Source: Ylistrum balloti (Eukaryota). Taken from it: a stretch of 64,000 nucleotides of DNA. Both the position numbers and the translations under genes were made by a program. The notes beneath the pieces were generated by a model. It was not told the origin of the DNA. It worked only from the letters and a program-made list of their open reading frames with translations, and made no database searches. The stretch is taken from NCBI RefSeq assembly GCF_031769215.1, contig NW_026782366.1, positions 310,001 to 374,000 on the forward strand, written 5' to 3'. Positions 39,301 through 51,900 of the stretch are shown in pieces (position 1 is the stretch's first letter; each line of letters starts with the position of its first letter).

Positions 39301-42300
39301 ATGCCGCCGGAGGCGGTTGTATATTGGCATCATCTCCGTCCGTCCGTCCGTCCGTCCGTCCATTTCTTGTGAAAGATTAGTATTTCTGTTTTAGTCAACT
39401 TTGTGGGGATTTGACAGGAGTCAGTATTTCAGCAAAAAATCTGTTAAACAAATGGTGTACATAGTCTAGTCATAGAATGACAGTTTTGAATACGGTAAGT
39501 AGATTCTGTTGCAAGTTTCCTTACTTCCTTAATAAAAATTAACAATCTCGAAATTGAACAGTTTCTCACATAAGAGCACCAAATATCTTTATCAAATAGA
39601 TTAAAATTATTACTTTTGAACCAAATTTGGTACAAAAACATTTGTCAAACTTCCAGGTCTCAGGTAAGTGTAATAGACTTTAAAACTGTGGAGGGAAATT
39701 ATATCTTTGGTTCTTTCAAACAACTTTAATTTTTACTGAAAAATTTGAACAATATTCAGTATATTGTTTTTATTTATGTTCAATATTGGTAAAAATTTAG
39801 CTGTCAATACAATTGTACTTCGCAGAGCTTTTGTACTTTGATAAGAAACTAAAAGTTAGAAACAGGACAGAAAAAATTCCCACACGTGGTATTGTGGATT
39901 TAAATGTATGATTTAGTTGCATTTTCCTTTCCTTCATTCGTAGAGTGTGTTCCATGTTCTCTGTCTCTTAGAACCTTTTAGAAAATGCCTTCTTATTTAG
40001 CATGTGCATTTCTAATGCCTTTTCCTACACTTTCAATGTCTTGCAAAAATGCCTTTTAATTGAATATTGTAGCCCTCATAGTTGATTATCCTCTATGAAT
40101 GGCTATCCTTCAGGGGTATAGTGTTTTTCAAGAGTATCTTGTTTCAAGTTATAGAATAATAGGGAAAGGAGTCCCAAAGTCAGGTTAACTGAAGCTGTGA
40201 TAGGGATGCACATAGTCTCACAAATAATGCTATATCAAAGATGCTGAAATGTTTGTAAAACTTGCCTTATCCAGATTGGACCCAGTGAAACTGAAGGCAC
40301 GAGGACTCAAGTCTGGCCCAGAGTATGGAAAATTGAAGCAGGGGTTATCTGTCACTCTTCCTTCAGGGGAAATAGTAAGTGTAATGTTGATGGTTTACTA
40401 GGCACTTGCTTTTCCTTATGGGGAATTGATAAGTGTTGTGTTAACTGTTTATGAGACCCTTCCTTAGGGAGAAATACTAAATATTGTGTTAACTGTTTAC
40501 AAGACCCTTCCTTAAGGAGAAATAGTAAATGTTGTGTTGACCGTTTACGAGACCCTTCCTTAAGGAGAAATAGTAAGTCTTGTGTTGTTCGTTTATGAGA
40601 CCCTTCCTTAAGGAGAAGTAGTAAGTGTTGCGTTGGCCGCTTAAGAGACCCTTCCTTAAGGAGAAATAGTAAATGTTGTGTTGTTTGTTTAAGAGACCCT
40701 TCCTTAAGGAGAAGTAGTAAATGTTGTGTTGACCCTTTAAGAGACCCTTCCTTAAGGAGAAGTATTAAGTGTTGCGTTGACCGTTTAAGAGACCCTACCT
40801 TAAGGAGAAGTATTAAGTGTTGCGTTGACCGTTTAAGAGATCCTTCCTTAAGGAGAAGTATTAAGTGTTGTGTTGACCGTTTATGAGACCCTTCCTTAAG
40901 GAGAAGTATTAAGTGTTGTGTTGACCGTTTATGAGACCCTTCCTTAAGGAGAAGTATTAAGTGTTGCATTGACCGTTTAAGAGACCCTTCCTTAAGGAGA
41001 AATAGTAAATGTTGTGTTGTTCGTTTAAGAGACCCTTCCTTAAGGAGAAGTAGTAAATGTTGTGTTGACCGTTTAAGAGACCCTTCCTTAAGGAGAAGTA
41101 TTAAGTGTTGCGTTGACCGTTTAAGAGATCCTTCCTTAAGGAGAAGTATTAAGTGTTGTGTTGACTGTTTATGAGACCCTTCCTTAACGAGAAGTAGTAA
41201 GTGTTGGGTTGACCGTTTTTATGATTGTCATTGTGATCTCATTGAAAAATATTCTTATTTCTTTGTGCGATATGCAGCTGGTCATGTTTGATGCTTGCTA
41301 GTTGGTTCTGTTGTCATAAACTTTGAGGATGTGATATTGATTGACCAAGATTTACTTGGTGGGCGTCGCTGATGAAGCAGAATATGTATACTCTTCTGGA
41401 ACACCTGGCCTTTTTCTCCTTGTACTTTTTTCAGGACTGTCCATGTAATTCTACCTTTTGTTCATATTTTGCCATGTTGACATGCTGTTATTTTCTTGTT
41501 ATTTTTTTTCTTCCTACATAAAGATCCCTTCCATGTGTTGTGCTGATGTATAGGATTAAGCCTTTGAGTCATTTACTTGTTCCTAGAAACTGAATAATCT
41601 TTGTCGTTCTTTATTATTTGACAGTAGAAGACACAACACATTTAGAAAGTTGCACAAAAATCTGTTTTCAGATAAAACCAGAAGAAGCCTTAGGCCCCCC
41701 ACGACCTGGTCGAAAGATTGTTATCATGGGAGACACTTGTGATTCATCAGAGCTCTACAAAATCGGTCGTGATGCAGACGTCTTGGTACATGAGGCTACG
41801 TTGGAGAATGAACTTAAGCACAGTGCAATTGAAAAAGGCCATTCCACACCAGGTATGTAAGCATTTTAACAAATGTCTTCAGGGCTACAATGTACAAACC
41901 TTACATCCTGGTGTAGTGTGTAAGTCTGTTCAGAAATAATTACTTTCTTAAAAATAATTTAGCCTGTAATATTCTGATTACATAAGTTTGAGCTGGCCTT
42001 CAATGAAGGCGTTACCTCTATTGATTTAGAGGGTACGGACATTTTGAGGATGGATAAGTCATTTATGGTCAGTGTTTCCAAAAATAGTTCTAGCTCTGAT
42101 GGACTGTCAAATTTTCACAAATTTCACATCACAATCTGTCCTTGTTCTGATCTGTTGAGTTTACCCATGCCAGATCAATGACCAGGAGACTAACAGGGTG
42201 TTCAATGTCAGAGGGATCAAGTTGACATTTCAAATATTTAAATGGTGTCTCAGTTCTAGATGCCTTTTGACTGTAATTTATAACTGGTACGTTTTCCTAC

Positions 42301-43784
42301 AATTTGAGTTTAGCATCACTTGACATGAGTAGATCAATAGAATTTAGATGTACTTAATATGTATACTGTATGTACAATGGTCTCCAAGGATTAGGTCATT
42401 ATAGAAACCTACCAGCAGCAAAGGAAATCTCTTTCATCAGAGTTACAATATTTCTGTTTACATTTTCTGTTTGTAGGTGATAATTTTGATAAGTGATTGA
42501 TTCTTATTTGTTGGTTATCATACCCTACCATAAATATTTTATTCAAGAAATACTGCATGAGTGCTGCCATTTCATGATTTTGTTTGTTTTGTAGATATGG
42601 CAGCTAGACTTGCATCAGAGCTCAAAGTTAAACAGTTAGTTCTTACTCACTTTAGTCAGAGATATAAACCAATGGCTGCTGAAATCAAGGTAAGTTTGAC
42701 TTTCTGAAGTACTGCTTTAATATGAGAGATTGCTGGTTGGACATTTTATTATCTTACATTACCAAGGCATCTGTAAAACCATTAATGTTGTTGGACTTCT
42801 CTCGGAAACTTTATTTGTATTCACGTTTAAACAACTTTACCAAACATACTTTTTACTATGTATGTTGTTTTCCTAATATGCTTGTATTTAAGAGCGAATG
42901 AAAATTATACTATTGGTCAACAAATGTAGACAGTGTAGAAAGTCCAATATTTTCAGGTCACTTTCTTAAATGATTTTTGTTTTATGTTGACAATACATAC
43001 CATAACATAATCTATTATAATTTTATAGTGTGATAATATTTCTACTTGTGTTGTTTATGCTCCCCAAAATTTTTGAAGGAGCATATAGTCGCTGCCTTGT
43101 CCATCCGTCCTTTCTTTACCGGAGCATAACTTTGCCCACAGTTCAGCAAGGATCATGAAACTTGGTGTATACATAGATTATACTAAGGGGATGTGCAGTG
43201 TACCAAGTTCAGGGCCCACAAATACAGAGTTATTGACCTTTATTAAAGTTTTGTGTCTAGAGCACAACTTTAAATTGCTTCCCATTAAACAAGGATAATA
43301 AAACTTGGTGTATAAATTGATCATATAAAGACCATGTTCAGTGTACTAATGTTCAGACTCGCAACCCTGTATTGCATAGTTATTGCCTTTCGTTGAAATT
43401 TTGTGTCTGGTACATTACTTTGCCTTATTTAGGATAGTGAAACTTGATGTTTTTATCAGTCATACATCCCTCAGTTACAGAGTTATTGCCCTTCATGTCA
43501 GGAGCATAAGCTTTGCTTACTTGAAAACCAGGATCATGAAACTTAGCAATTACATTGGTCATAATGAGAGAATGTGCTGTATACTAATGTTAGGTCCCAC
43601 AAAACCTTAATTTTAGGAGTATAAGCCTGTGTTAAAATTTTGTGTTGTATTCATACAGGAAGGAGATGAGACTGTGAAAAAGTTACGTCTTGAGGCAATG
43701 GAGATTCTGAGAGACGACCAAGTGGTGGTGGCTGATGACTTCATGTCACTAAATATCCCAATGAAGTCTGCTGCAAATTCCTAG
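36394..43784 (+). CDS. ELAC1: Ribonuclease Z short form (zinc phosphodiesterase ELAC1), 9 exons
   Basis: Exons 36394-36478, 37569-37687, 37776-37970, 38585-38685, 39066-39161, 40275-40374, 41672-41852, 42595-42689 and 43659-43784; phases join. Motifs [37 protein letters not shown] exosite, [20 protein letters not shown]. Confidence 0.97.
36870..37060. repeat. Degenerate tandem repeat (about 50 bp, about 4 copies) in ELAC1 intron 1
   Basis: Recurrent TAAGATGTCCCT...ACGACTGTGGTTATGCATAT.AAGCTCAGA. Confidence 0.75.
39294..39640. mobile_element. HINE-like element end with (GTCC)n microsatellite
   Basis: TTTTTATATGCCGCCGGAGGCGGTTGTATA hairpin followed by (GTCC)6 at about 39338-39361. Right boundary uncertain. 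Confidence 0.65.
40355..41220 (+). repeat. 48-bp minisatellite (16 copies plus degenerate ones) seeded by the ELAC1 exon 6 end and donor
   Basis: Unit CCCTTCCTTAAGGAGAA(A/G)TA(G/T)TAA(G/A)TGTTGTGTTGACCGTTTAAGAGA at 48-bp period from 40457 to 41177. Prototype CTCTTCCTTCAGGGGAAATA|GTAAGT at 40355-40380. Confidence 0.93.
43054..43617. mobile_element. HINE-like element with internal tandem cores
   Basis: TTTATGCTCCCC...GAAGGAGCATATAG subterminal hairpin, GTCCATCCGTCC, then repeated GGAGCATAACTT / CATGAAACTTGGTGTATA / AGAGTTATTG cores. Confidence 0.75.
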
Positions 43785-45909
43785 CACACCTTGTTTTATT
43801 TCGAAATGTGTAGGATTTACGTACCAGGATTTCTAGGCTGGATCAAGGCATTATGCTGGTATACAACAATATACCACAGTCCTTTTGTTTGCCCAAGCAA
43901 TATATATTAAGGGTAAACAATGTCATCATCCCAAATTCTAGTAAATTGTTTGATCCTATCAATGAGACTACTCAACCATGTAAATTAACATGGGTATGGT
44001 CCATCCATCTGTGAGGTCAATCTTCTCAGGGATAGTATCAAAGCCAACCAGAACTCAATAATGGACAATGAAGCCCAAGGAAATATCTGTCAGCAATCAC
44101 TGAGTTTTGTTTTTGGCACTTTTGATGTAACTAAGGCAAAATTATTACAATTCAAAAGCACCCATGAGTATGGCCACCAATATTATATTATATTGCTGAT
44201 ATTTTGGAAGGGTCAGATAAAGCTTCATACTAGGTACCCTAGTATTCATTTTACTTGAGTGCACTGTGACAGTTCCTATGTAATGTCATGTTTATATAAG
44301 ACAGTTTAGTTCAACCTCCATGGGAGTAGATAAGTGGAGGTAAAGTTGAACAAAGACAAGATTTGAAGAATCATCTATGTATAATAGGGAAACTCGTCCA
44401 TTGTGCCTTTCTGGCCATTTGGCATCAAGTTCTAAAGGTTAATATGGGAGATAAGAGAATGTTTTAAGACAAAAAAAAAAAAAAAAAACCATGGAAAAGT
44501 TTCCTCAACAGTGTTAAAACAATGTTTTCAATTAAGTACCAAAATTTGATTTTGCTATCCTCACAAATTTTCAAGTTCTTGTATGGCTGTAAAATATCAA
44601 TTTCAAGGCTATGGTCAAATGGAGTGGAATCAACATGCTTAATAAATGTTACAGGTACTTCTTAATCTAAACCGGTTAATGTGTTACTAGCAGATACATG
44701 TATTATGGAGTAATTCGATATAAAAACATTACAAGGAAAATTTGTTGCTAAATATTGTTAATTGATCATTTTATATATTGTTGTATTAAAAAACTGAGTG
44801 CAAATCGTACTTTTTGTTCTGATTGCTCTATTTTGTGTACTGACTGAAAAATATGGATCAAAATCATTTTGAGGACATTTTGTGTGGGTTTGCGTGTAGG
44901 CTGGCTTATTGTACTCATGTCCTTCTAATCTGCCATTGTGTTCGTCCATATTGGTGTCAATGTGAATCAATGTTATATGTTGAAAATATCTAATAGATTT
45001 GATTCATATTTACCCCATAATACCATAATGGCAAGTTCTACACCAGATCAGATTTAGATTTGTATAGAGTTGGGCATGTCTTCTACACATTTCCTAGTTT
45101 TCATATATATTAAACATCAATACCCCTCTTCCCCTTAAGATGTATCTATATATTTTGTAGATTATCTATGATTTTCATAGAACTTCTTTATTATTGGTTG
45201 ACAACTAGAAATGTATGATTTTGATTGTCATTGCTAATGAATTATCTGAAAAATTTCTTTCTGGGGTATCCCATCATAGATATGAAAATATTTTGAAGTG
45301 ATTCCACACCACAATACAGTTTTTGCCCTTTACAGGCCACGATGACAAATTGTCAAATTACTAGAATGCTTATCAGTATCATTATTTCATGACTTTGCAG
45401 AAGATGTCAAATGTGACCTTTGACCCTTAAGCTTGTCCAACATAATAAATATAGCATTATGGAGTAAACATGGAGCAAATCTGTTGTCAGGTTCTCAAGA
45501 AATGAAAAATTACGGGATCACCTTCGCACAAAAAATGAAAATTTGATAACAGGTAGTGAAAACTATATATAAGTATCTCTAATAATTTCTGGCATATTAT
45601 ACATCATTCCATGATTCAATGCAAAAATAGCAATATTGAAATAATACAAAGAATTTGTAAAATCAAAATTTTAATTTAATGTCAACAAAATCCAGTGTAA
45701 ACAAATAACAAATATAGTAAAATATCTGAAGGCAGACAGCATTGTCTGTAAACAGAGTATCTATTATAGCACAATGAACATCTTATGGTAGTGTACATGT
45801 AAGTTTGGTAATCTCACAACTTTTTTTATTAAGTTAAGAGGATTGCCCAGTTCAGTCCTTTATTTTTTTCATTTATTTTAATTTTCCTGTTTGGTTTGAA
45901 TCTTTTACT

Positions 45910-48900
45910 TCATATATCCATGCTATCACCATTTTGTGAGAGTTCATTGCCATTGTGATTCTCTGAAGAGCTTGCAGTGAGCGTGGATGATGTGGTGGAG
46001 AGAGGAGTTGATACAGACACCTCAGATGTTACAACAGACTCTGGTGTTGATGCAATAGTACTACTTGTGGTTGGTCTGGGACTAGTTGTAGCTAAACACA
46101 CACGTGGACGATTGTGAAGATTAGTAAGGTCTACCTTCCCCTGCAAGTGCTGAAGTAACAGTGGTCCATATGCCACCTTCTTTTCTTCTTTGGTGTCATC
46201 TGACCAGGGAGAGGGAGATGATGATGAAGAAGCAGATGACATATTTGAAGAAGACTGTTGTTGGTCAAGATGAATTTTGATACTGAGATCAGAGTCAATT
46301 AAATGTTTTGAAGGCATCAGGTTCTGTAATGAGTCTTGTCCAAAGGACATGGGATGGTCATCGGGCTCTGAACCAGAGAAAATTGACTCTGGAAGTTCCG
46401 GGTTTTTGGACAAAAGATGATGAGCCATTGCATCCCTGGCTTGCAAGGCATCTAGATGAGGTAGCAAGATGTCTTTAGGCAAAAGCTCTGCTTCATCAAG
46501 GTCAAGCTCATCATCCGTCTCCTATAACATACAAAACAAGTCAATTATAATAACCATGATTGAAGATCACAAAGGGGTATAATGTTTTAGTGCAGCTGCC
46601 ACCAACCAGCCATCCACATCATCATTTCTCAGCGACAGTGCATTTTTTCAGTGGACTTATTAAACAAACTTCAAAAGTCAACTTTCAACTCAAAACTTCA
46701 CACACTGCTTTCTTATAAAAACTGTTCTTGCTACTTTTGGACAACCTTTCAAGAGAAAATAAGGTCATCATTATTTCAAACAGAAAAGTAATTTCAAATC
46801 TTACTTGAGTTCTGCTCTATAACTGGAGTTTCCCTTGAAAAATACAAACCAGTCCCTGGACATTGTTGTTAATGTTAAAACAATTTACATTACATGAGAA
46901 CTTAATTTACTTTTCTGTAATGAAAAGATATTAATTCCTTGTTAGGAACTGCTTACCTCAGGTTTGAGAGGAAACCTTGTCTCCATATCCTTGAGTGAGG
47001 AGTGGATTGGACAGCGGGCATTGTCTTCTAGAGTGACCACAGGCTGACCACACCTACCTCCACCAAACTGACAAGGTCGGTACAACACCTGATACTGGTC
47101 AGTCAGAATGTCTACACTGAAGTCAAGTTCTAATAATGGTTTCACATCTCTTTCAAACACAATCAGTATAATTTTTTGGACTGTTCAAATTTCATACATA
47201 TGATGATAAAAAAAGTTGCTTTGCTTCTGTGTTTAGCACCAAAAACACATAATTAATGCATGTACTGTGAAATCAAATGATGAATAATGAAATTCAAACA
47301 CCTATGTAAATTATTAATTGTAGGAATGTAAGGAGAGAGGTCTCAAATCAATTTTTCAATTATGCAAAAAATAAATATGTTATATTAATTTATAAATAAT
47401 GACAAAAGTTCTATTAACTTTCCAAAGTTGAAGGATTTTCAGGAAAACAGATGTTAATAGTATTAAGATGACAGTATGGTCAAAACACAATTTAACAGAA
47501 GTTCTGAATTTACAAGGATACGTTGTGAACAGTACTTCGACAGTGGCAGGGCTCTGTGGGAACACTTATTTCCATCTTCAACATATACACACTTTGGATA
47601 GGATGGCGGTCGGTAATTGGCCCCCTCAGACACAGCGATTCTCCTCTGCTTTGACTGACGATGTAGCAATGCTTCCTGGAAGGGAAGAGGAGATATCCTT
47701 TATGTCCAATTATATATTTCTTGTATCAATTTAACTTTCCTAGGATATCAATCATCAGAGTTTTGTAATATTACTGATAAGAAAACAATGCTGTACCTTT
47801 CCATGCCTTTTGTGGTATCGCTTGAGGGCCTTTAGTTTAGAGTATTTGTCTCTCGTCTCTGGACCTTCTTTGTAAACAGATAAACTTCCTGCAAAATAAA
47901 CAAGAGGCCCAAGGGCCTTAACAATCACCTGAATCACAATGCTCTTCTTGTAGTATGTAAGAGAAGTAGTAAGATAACTTTAATTACATTGTACATGTAA
48001 TACAAATGTAAGCTGTACATTACATTAACTGCCATCCCATGCCAAAGCTTCTACTTTGTTTGAATTTGTTTGAATTAATAGAAATTACAATCAGACATGA
48101 AATTTTCCTATACAAACTTTATAGTAAATTTTATCCCCTTCCCTGGGGAAACATGAGACCCTGGGGTCATCAAATTTACAATTTTGTAGAGAATCATAAG
48201 GTCTTTCCATCCATGAAAAATATTAAATTCTACCATACTTGGGTATTTTTGATTTTTGAAGTTTCAATCAATCTGATTCTTTTTAGGCCGTAACTCTATC
48301 CAATTTGGGGTGGGGACCATTGTATTTACAGTTGTGGTGGCCATGGTAGCAATGACCAAAGCAAGTTGATTTATTCCAAATTTCAAATAAACTGAAGAGT
48401 TGTTTAATTTTGTGATGGTCTCAGTTCGAGAGAATTCAAAGGTATTAAACTTAGTGCATTTCTATCAAATGTATCAATGTATACAAACATACTACATACT
48501 TGTAAGAATCTAATTCACTGTAAAAATGTTTGCTGCATTTCTACTTTTAGCAAAATATAATCCCTGGTGAATATTACCCATTATACAATAATGCTACTTG
48601 TACTATTTAAAGGAGGATGGCATAAAAAAGTGATAGTGAATAGTACTTGAAACTTCCAAATGCCATGTAAAGCTCCAGGCACACATGTTTTGGAACATGA
48701 CCTGCTTCTTTCAAGTGGAAGTTGGTACTCTTGGGGAAATGTAATGCAAATCATCATGAATACTCATTGATCATGTTAACTCTTGGGCGGTCATATGGTC
48801 ACTATGTTCCATTTTGAACAGTTTAGAGTGGACATGGCAGCATTGGAACAGAATGCAATAACGTTCTTTCTGGATTGCTCTTTCATGGTTTTTCATTCTA

Positions 48901-51900
48901 GATCATCTCAAAATGTTGATATGTGACTGGGGATTTCACAAATTCTGCTTGTGAATGAAAATTTACTTCAGAAAATCTAATCACATTCATTTGTCATTTA
49001 CTACATTAAATCTTTTAATCTTTAACCATTTGTGCTTGGGAAGACAATACGGTCTTTTACAAATACCATCTGTACTTGATAGACAATAATCTCACAAAGT
49101 CCTTGACGTCAAGGGTCATCCATAATGACCTTTTGCTATCCTATAAAGGGGATAATATAAAGGGTTTTTTTCATTCTTTAAACAAAGCACAGTTCCACTT
49201 GGTTATATGTTAAGTGTATATTACAACTTGGCGCAGTTTCATCTGAAAAAATTTGAAGTGTACATGATATAATTCTTACCGAGAGATTCTTTCTCCTGTT
49301 TGTGAGTGTGCAAGTATTTGCGTCGTTTTTCCTTCATGATGTGTTGAAGTCTTTTGAACTGGTCAATGTAGAGTGACTGTAGACGAATGAGTTTATCCCG
49401 CATTACCAGGGCCACCTCCTCTGCTGTGTACACACCAGCATGTCTTAAAACAAACATGAAAGTAAAAATATTTAAATGTTTTAAATTCTTTTTTAAAATG
49501 ACTACCAGAAAGTGAATATTAATAATGCACATCTTGACAATAAATAAACCAATGCGTTTTTGCTTGTACATTTCAATATCAAGGTTTACTTAAATCAGCA
49601 AGAATCGTTCCACTATAATCTTGCCAGTTAAAACATAATTTTGTTAAAAAACACACTTTGATTAAAAATTAAAATTTAAAATTCTGCATCATTACTTTGA
49701 CAAATCAGATGACCCTTATCAAGTGCTGATTGTTACGATTCATGAGTAAATAGAGTTATGAAATGGTGGTCTTACTTGAGTAGGTCCTCCTGATCACTGT
49801 CTATACTCTCTGGGTCACTGTCGCCATCCCCTCTCCAAGCCTGGTCCACCAAAGGAGGCTCAACATCAGAGTCCTCAGAACTAGCATACTCTGCACACAA
49901 ATAGTAATTTACTTTAAAGGTTAATAGCAATAGACAGAAAATATTCCAGCATACTCATTAGTAAAGCATAGTAATAAGAGTAAGTCATAGTAATACTGCA
50001 ATACACCATCTACCACAGAGTAATAATAACCAGGGAGAGAATATTGAATAGTAAAAAAAATAACTAACAAAAGCCACAGAATTTCAGCTTTTGCTTTTTA
50101 ATATAAATGCTGCCTCAGCAGACAGTTAAACATTTTACTATTTGCCTCAGCCTGACGTGCGGTGTCCACATTAAATTCAGGAGCAAATCAAATGGCTTCA
50201 TCACTGGCATAAATGCTTTGAATACATTACAGTAATCTTATTATCTAATGTTATTATGGGGATTTTGGCAACTACTACAGCATGATTTCTCTTAGTTACC
50301 TAACTTACTTGTTGTTTGGGGTTTTTGTATTCTTTAACTGAAATTCAGTAATAAAACTACATAAAACTGCTTTTTATGATGGGTTATTTTAACCATCATA
50401 TACCTCATATGTATGCATAACCAACTGGATGCTGCTTTCATACATAAAATAATCTAATCTATAGTTGTATAATTTCACTGGGTTCACATTACATATCTTG
50501 GATAGTGTTAGTTTATATACATGTCTATACATTGTTACCAATAAAGAGATAATTTGTTTCAACATTAATAACTGAGATAATGATGAAATGTAAAACTCTA
50601 TCAAAGTTATAGATCAACTTAATTTTTTTCATGATGTCAAGAATCTACCATGGAGAATTCTATGACTATAATCACAATAATTAAGTAATGACTAATGTGT
50701 TGAAAACTGTGTCAAATTTATCGGACAGGTAAACTTCTAACAAATCATGAACCATTACCAATCTATTCATGAAATCCTTCCAGCCCTAAATGCAATCAGG
50801 CTTGGGTTTCAAATACTATGTTTTCTACTTTCAAATTGCTCAAGCAAAATCTTTAAGTGATATTACATGATACAAGTTTGCCTCAGCCTGACGTGCGGTG
50901 TCCACATTTAATTCAGGAGCAAATCAAATGGCATCATCACAGGCAATAACAGATTTCTATAAATAACCTCAGCTTAAACAAGAAATTCCAGGTGGCACCC
51001 ACCATTGTATGATCCTCACTAGTTCTATTTATTTACAATGATATACCTTATTTGTTGTAGCCACAGTACTTTGTATTTTTGGTACACTTAGGTTTGTGTA
51101 TGATAACATAATGAACATCCCTGACATAACTTCAGAACAAATAAGATCATTTAAGACAATAGTATCAGTGAAAATGTTGAACGCTCCTTGACAATGATTT
51201 TTTTGGACATAAATTTCAACATTAGACATCCTGGATTGTGTAAATTTATACTCAAGTATAAAGTTCTGCACATGTCTGTACATTGTTACCAATGAAGAGA
51301 TAATAGCATACATTTTTGCGAGATTTTGATTCCTAGTACAAATATTAACGATATCTGAATTTGTTTCATCATTAATAACTGAGATAATAAAGAAATGTAA
51401 AACTCTATCATAGTTATAGATCAACTTAAAATTTTTCATGATGTCAAGAATCTACCTTTGAGAATTCTATAACTATAATCACAATAATTAAGTAGAGAAT
51501 AATGTGTTGAAAACTGCGTCAAATTTATCGGACAGGTTGAAAACTGCGTCAAATTTATCAGACAGGTAAACTTCTAACAAGATTACGGCAAATTATGAAC
51601 CATTATGTACCTTTGAAGAATTCTATAACTATAATCACAATAATTAGTTACAAGATTACGGCAAATTATGAACCATTACCTAGTTATTCATGAAATCCTC
51701 CCAGCCCTAAATGCAATCAGGATTGGGTTTCAAATACTATGTTTTGTACTTTCAAATTGCTCAAGCAAAATCTCAAAGTGATATTACATGATACAAGTTT
51801 GCCTCAGCCTGACGTGCGGTGTCCACATTTAATTCAGGAGCAAATCAAATGGCATCATCACAGGCAATAACAGATTTCTATAAATAACCTCAGCTTAAAC

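Noticed and set aside
40352-40969. 205-aa minus-strand ORF ([11 protein letters not shown] repeats)
   Set aside because: Translation of the 48-bp minisatellite on the antisense strand of an ELAC1 intron; no independent coding evidence.
40420-41220. Regularly spaced palindromic repeats resembling a CRISPR array
   Set aside because: No unique spacers, eukaryotic intron context and no cas genes.
46805-46833. AG/GT-bounded 29-nt candidate KANSL2 micro-exon
   Set aside because: It would shift the frame; the flanking exons join directly in phase 0.
48685-48812. 12-bp bulged long-range stem followed by ACA in a KANSL2 intron (H/ACA candidate, since human KANSL2 hosts SNORA2)
   Set aside because: It encloses about 97 nt, has no second hairpin or H box, and no pseudouridylation pocket that I could match.
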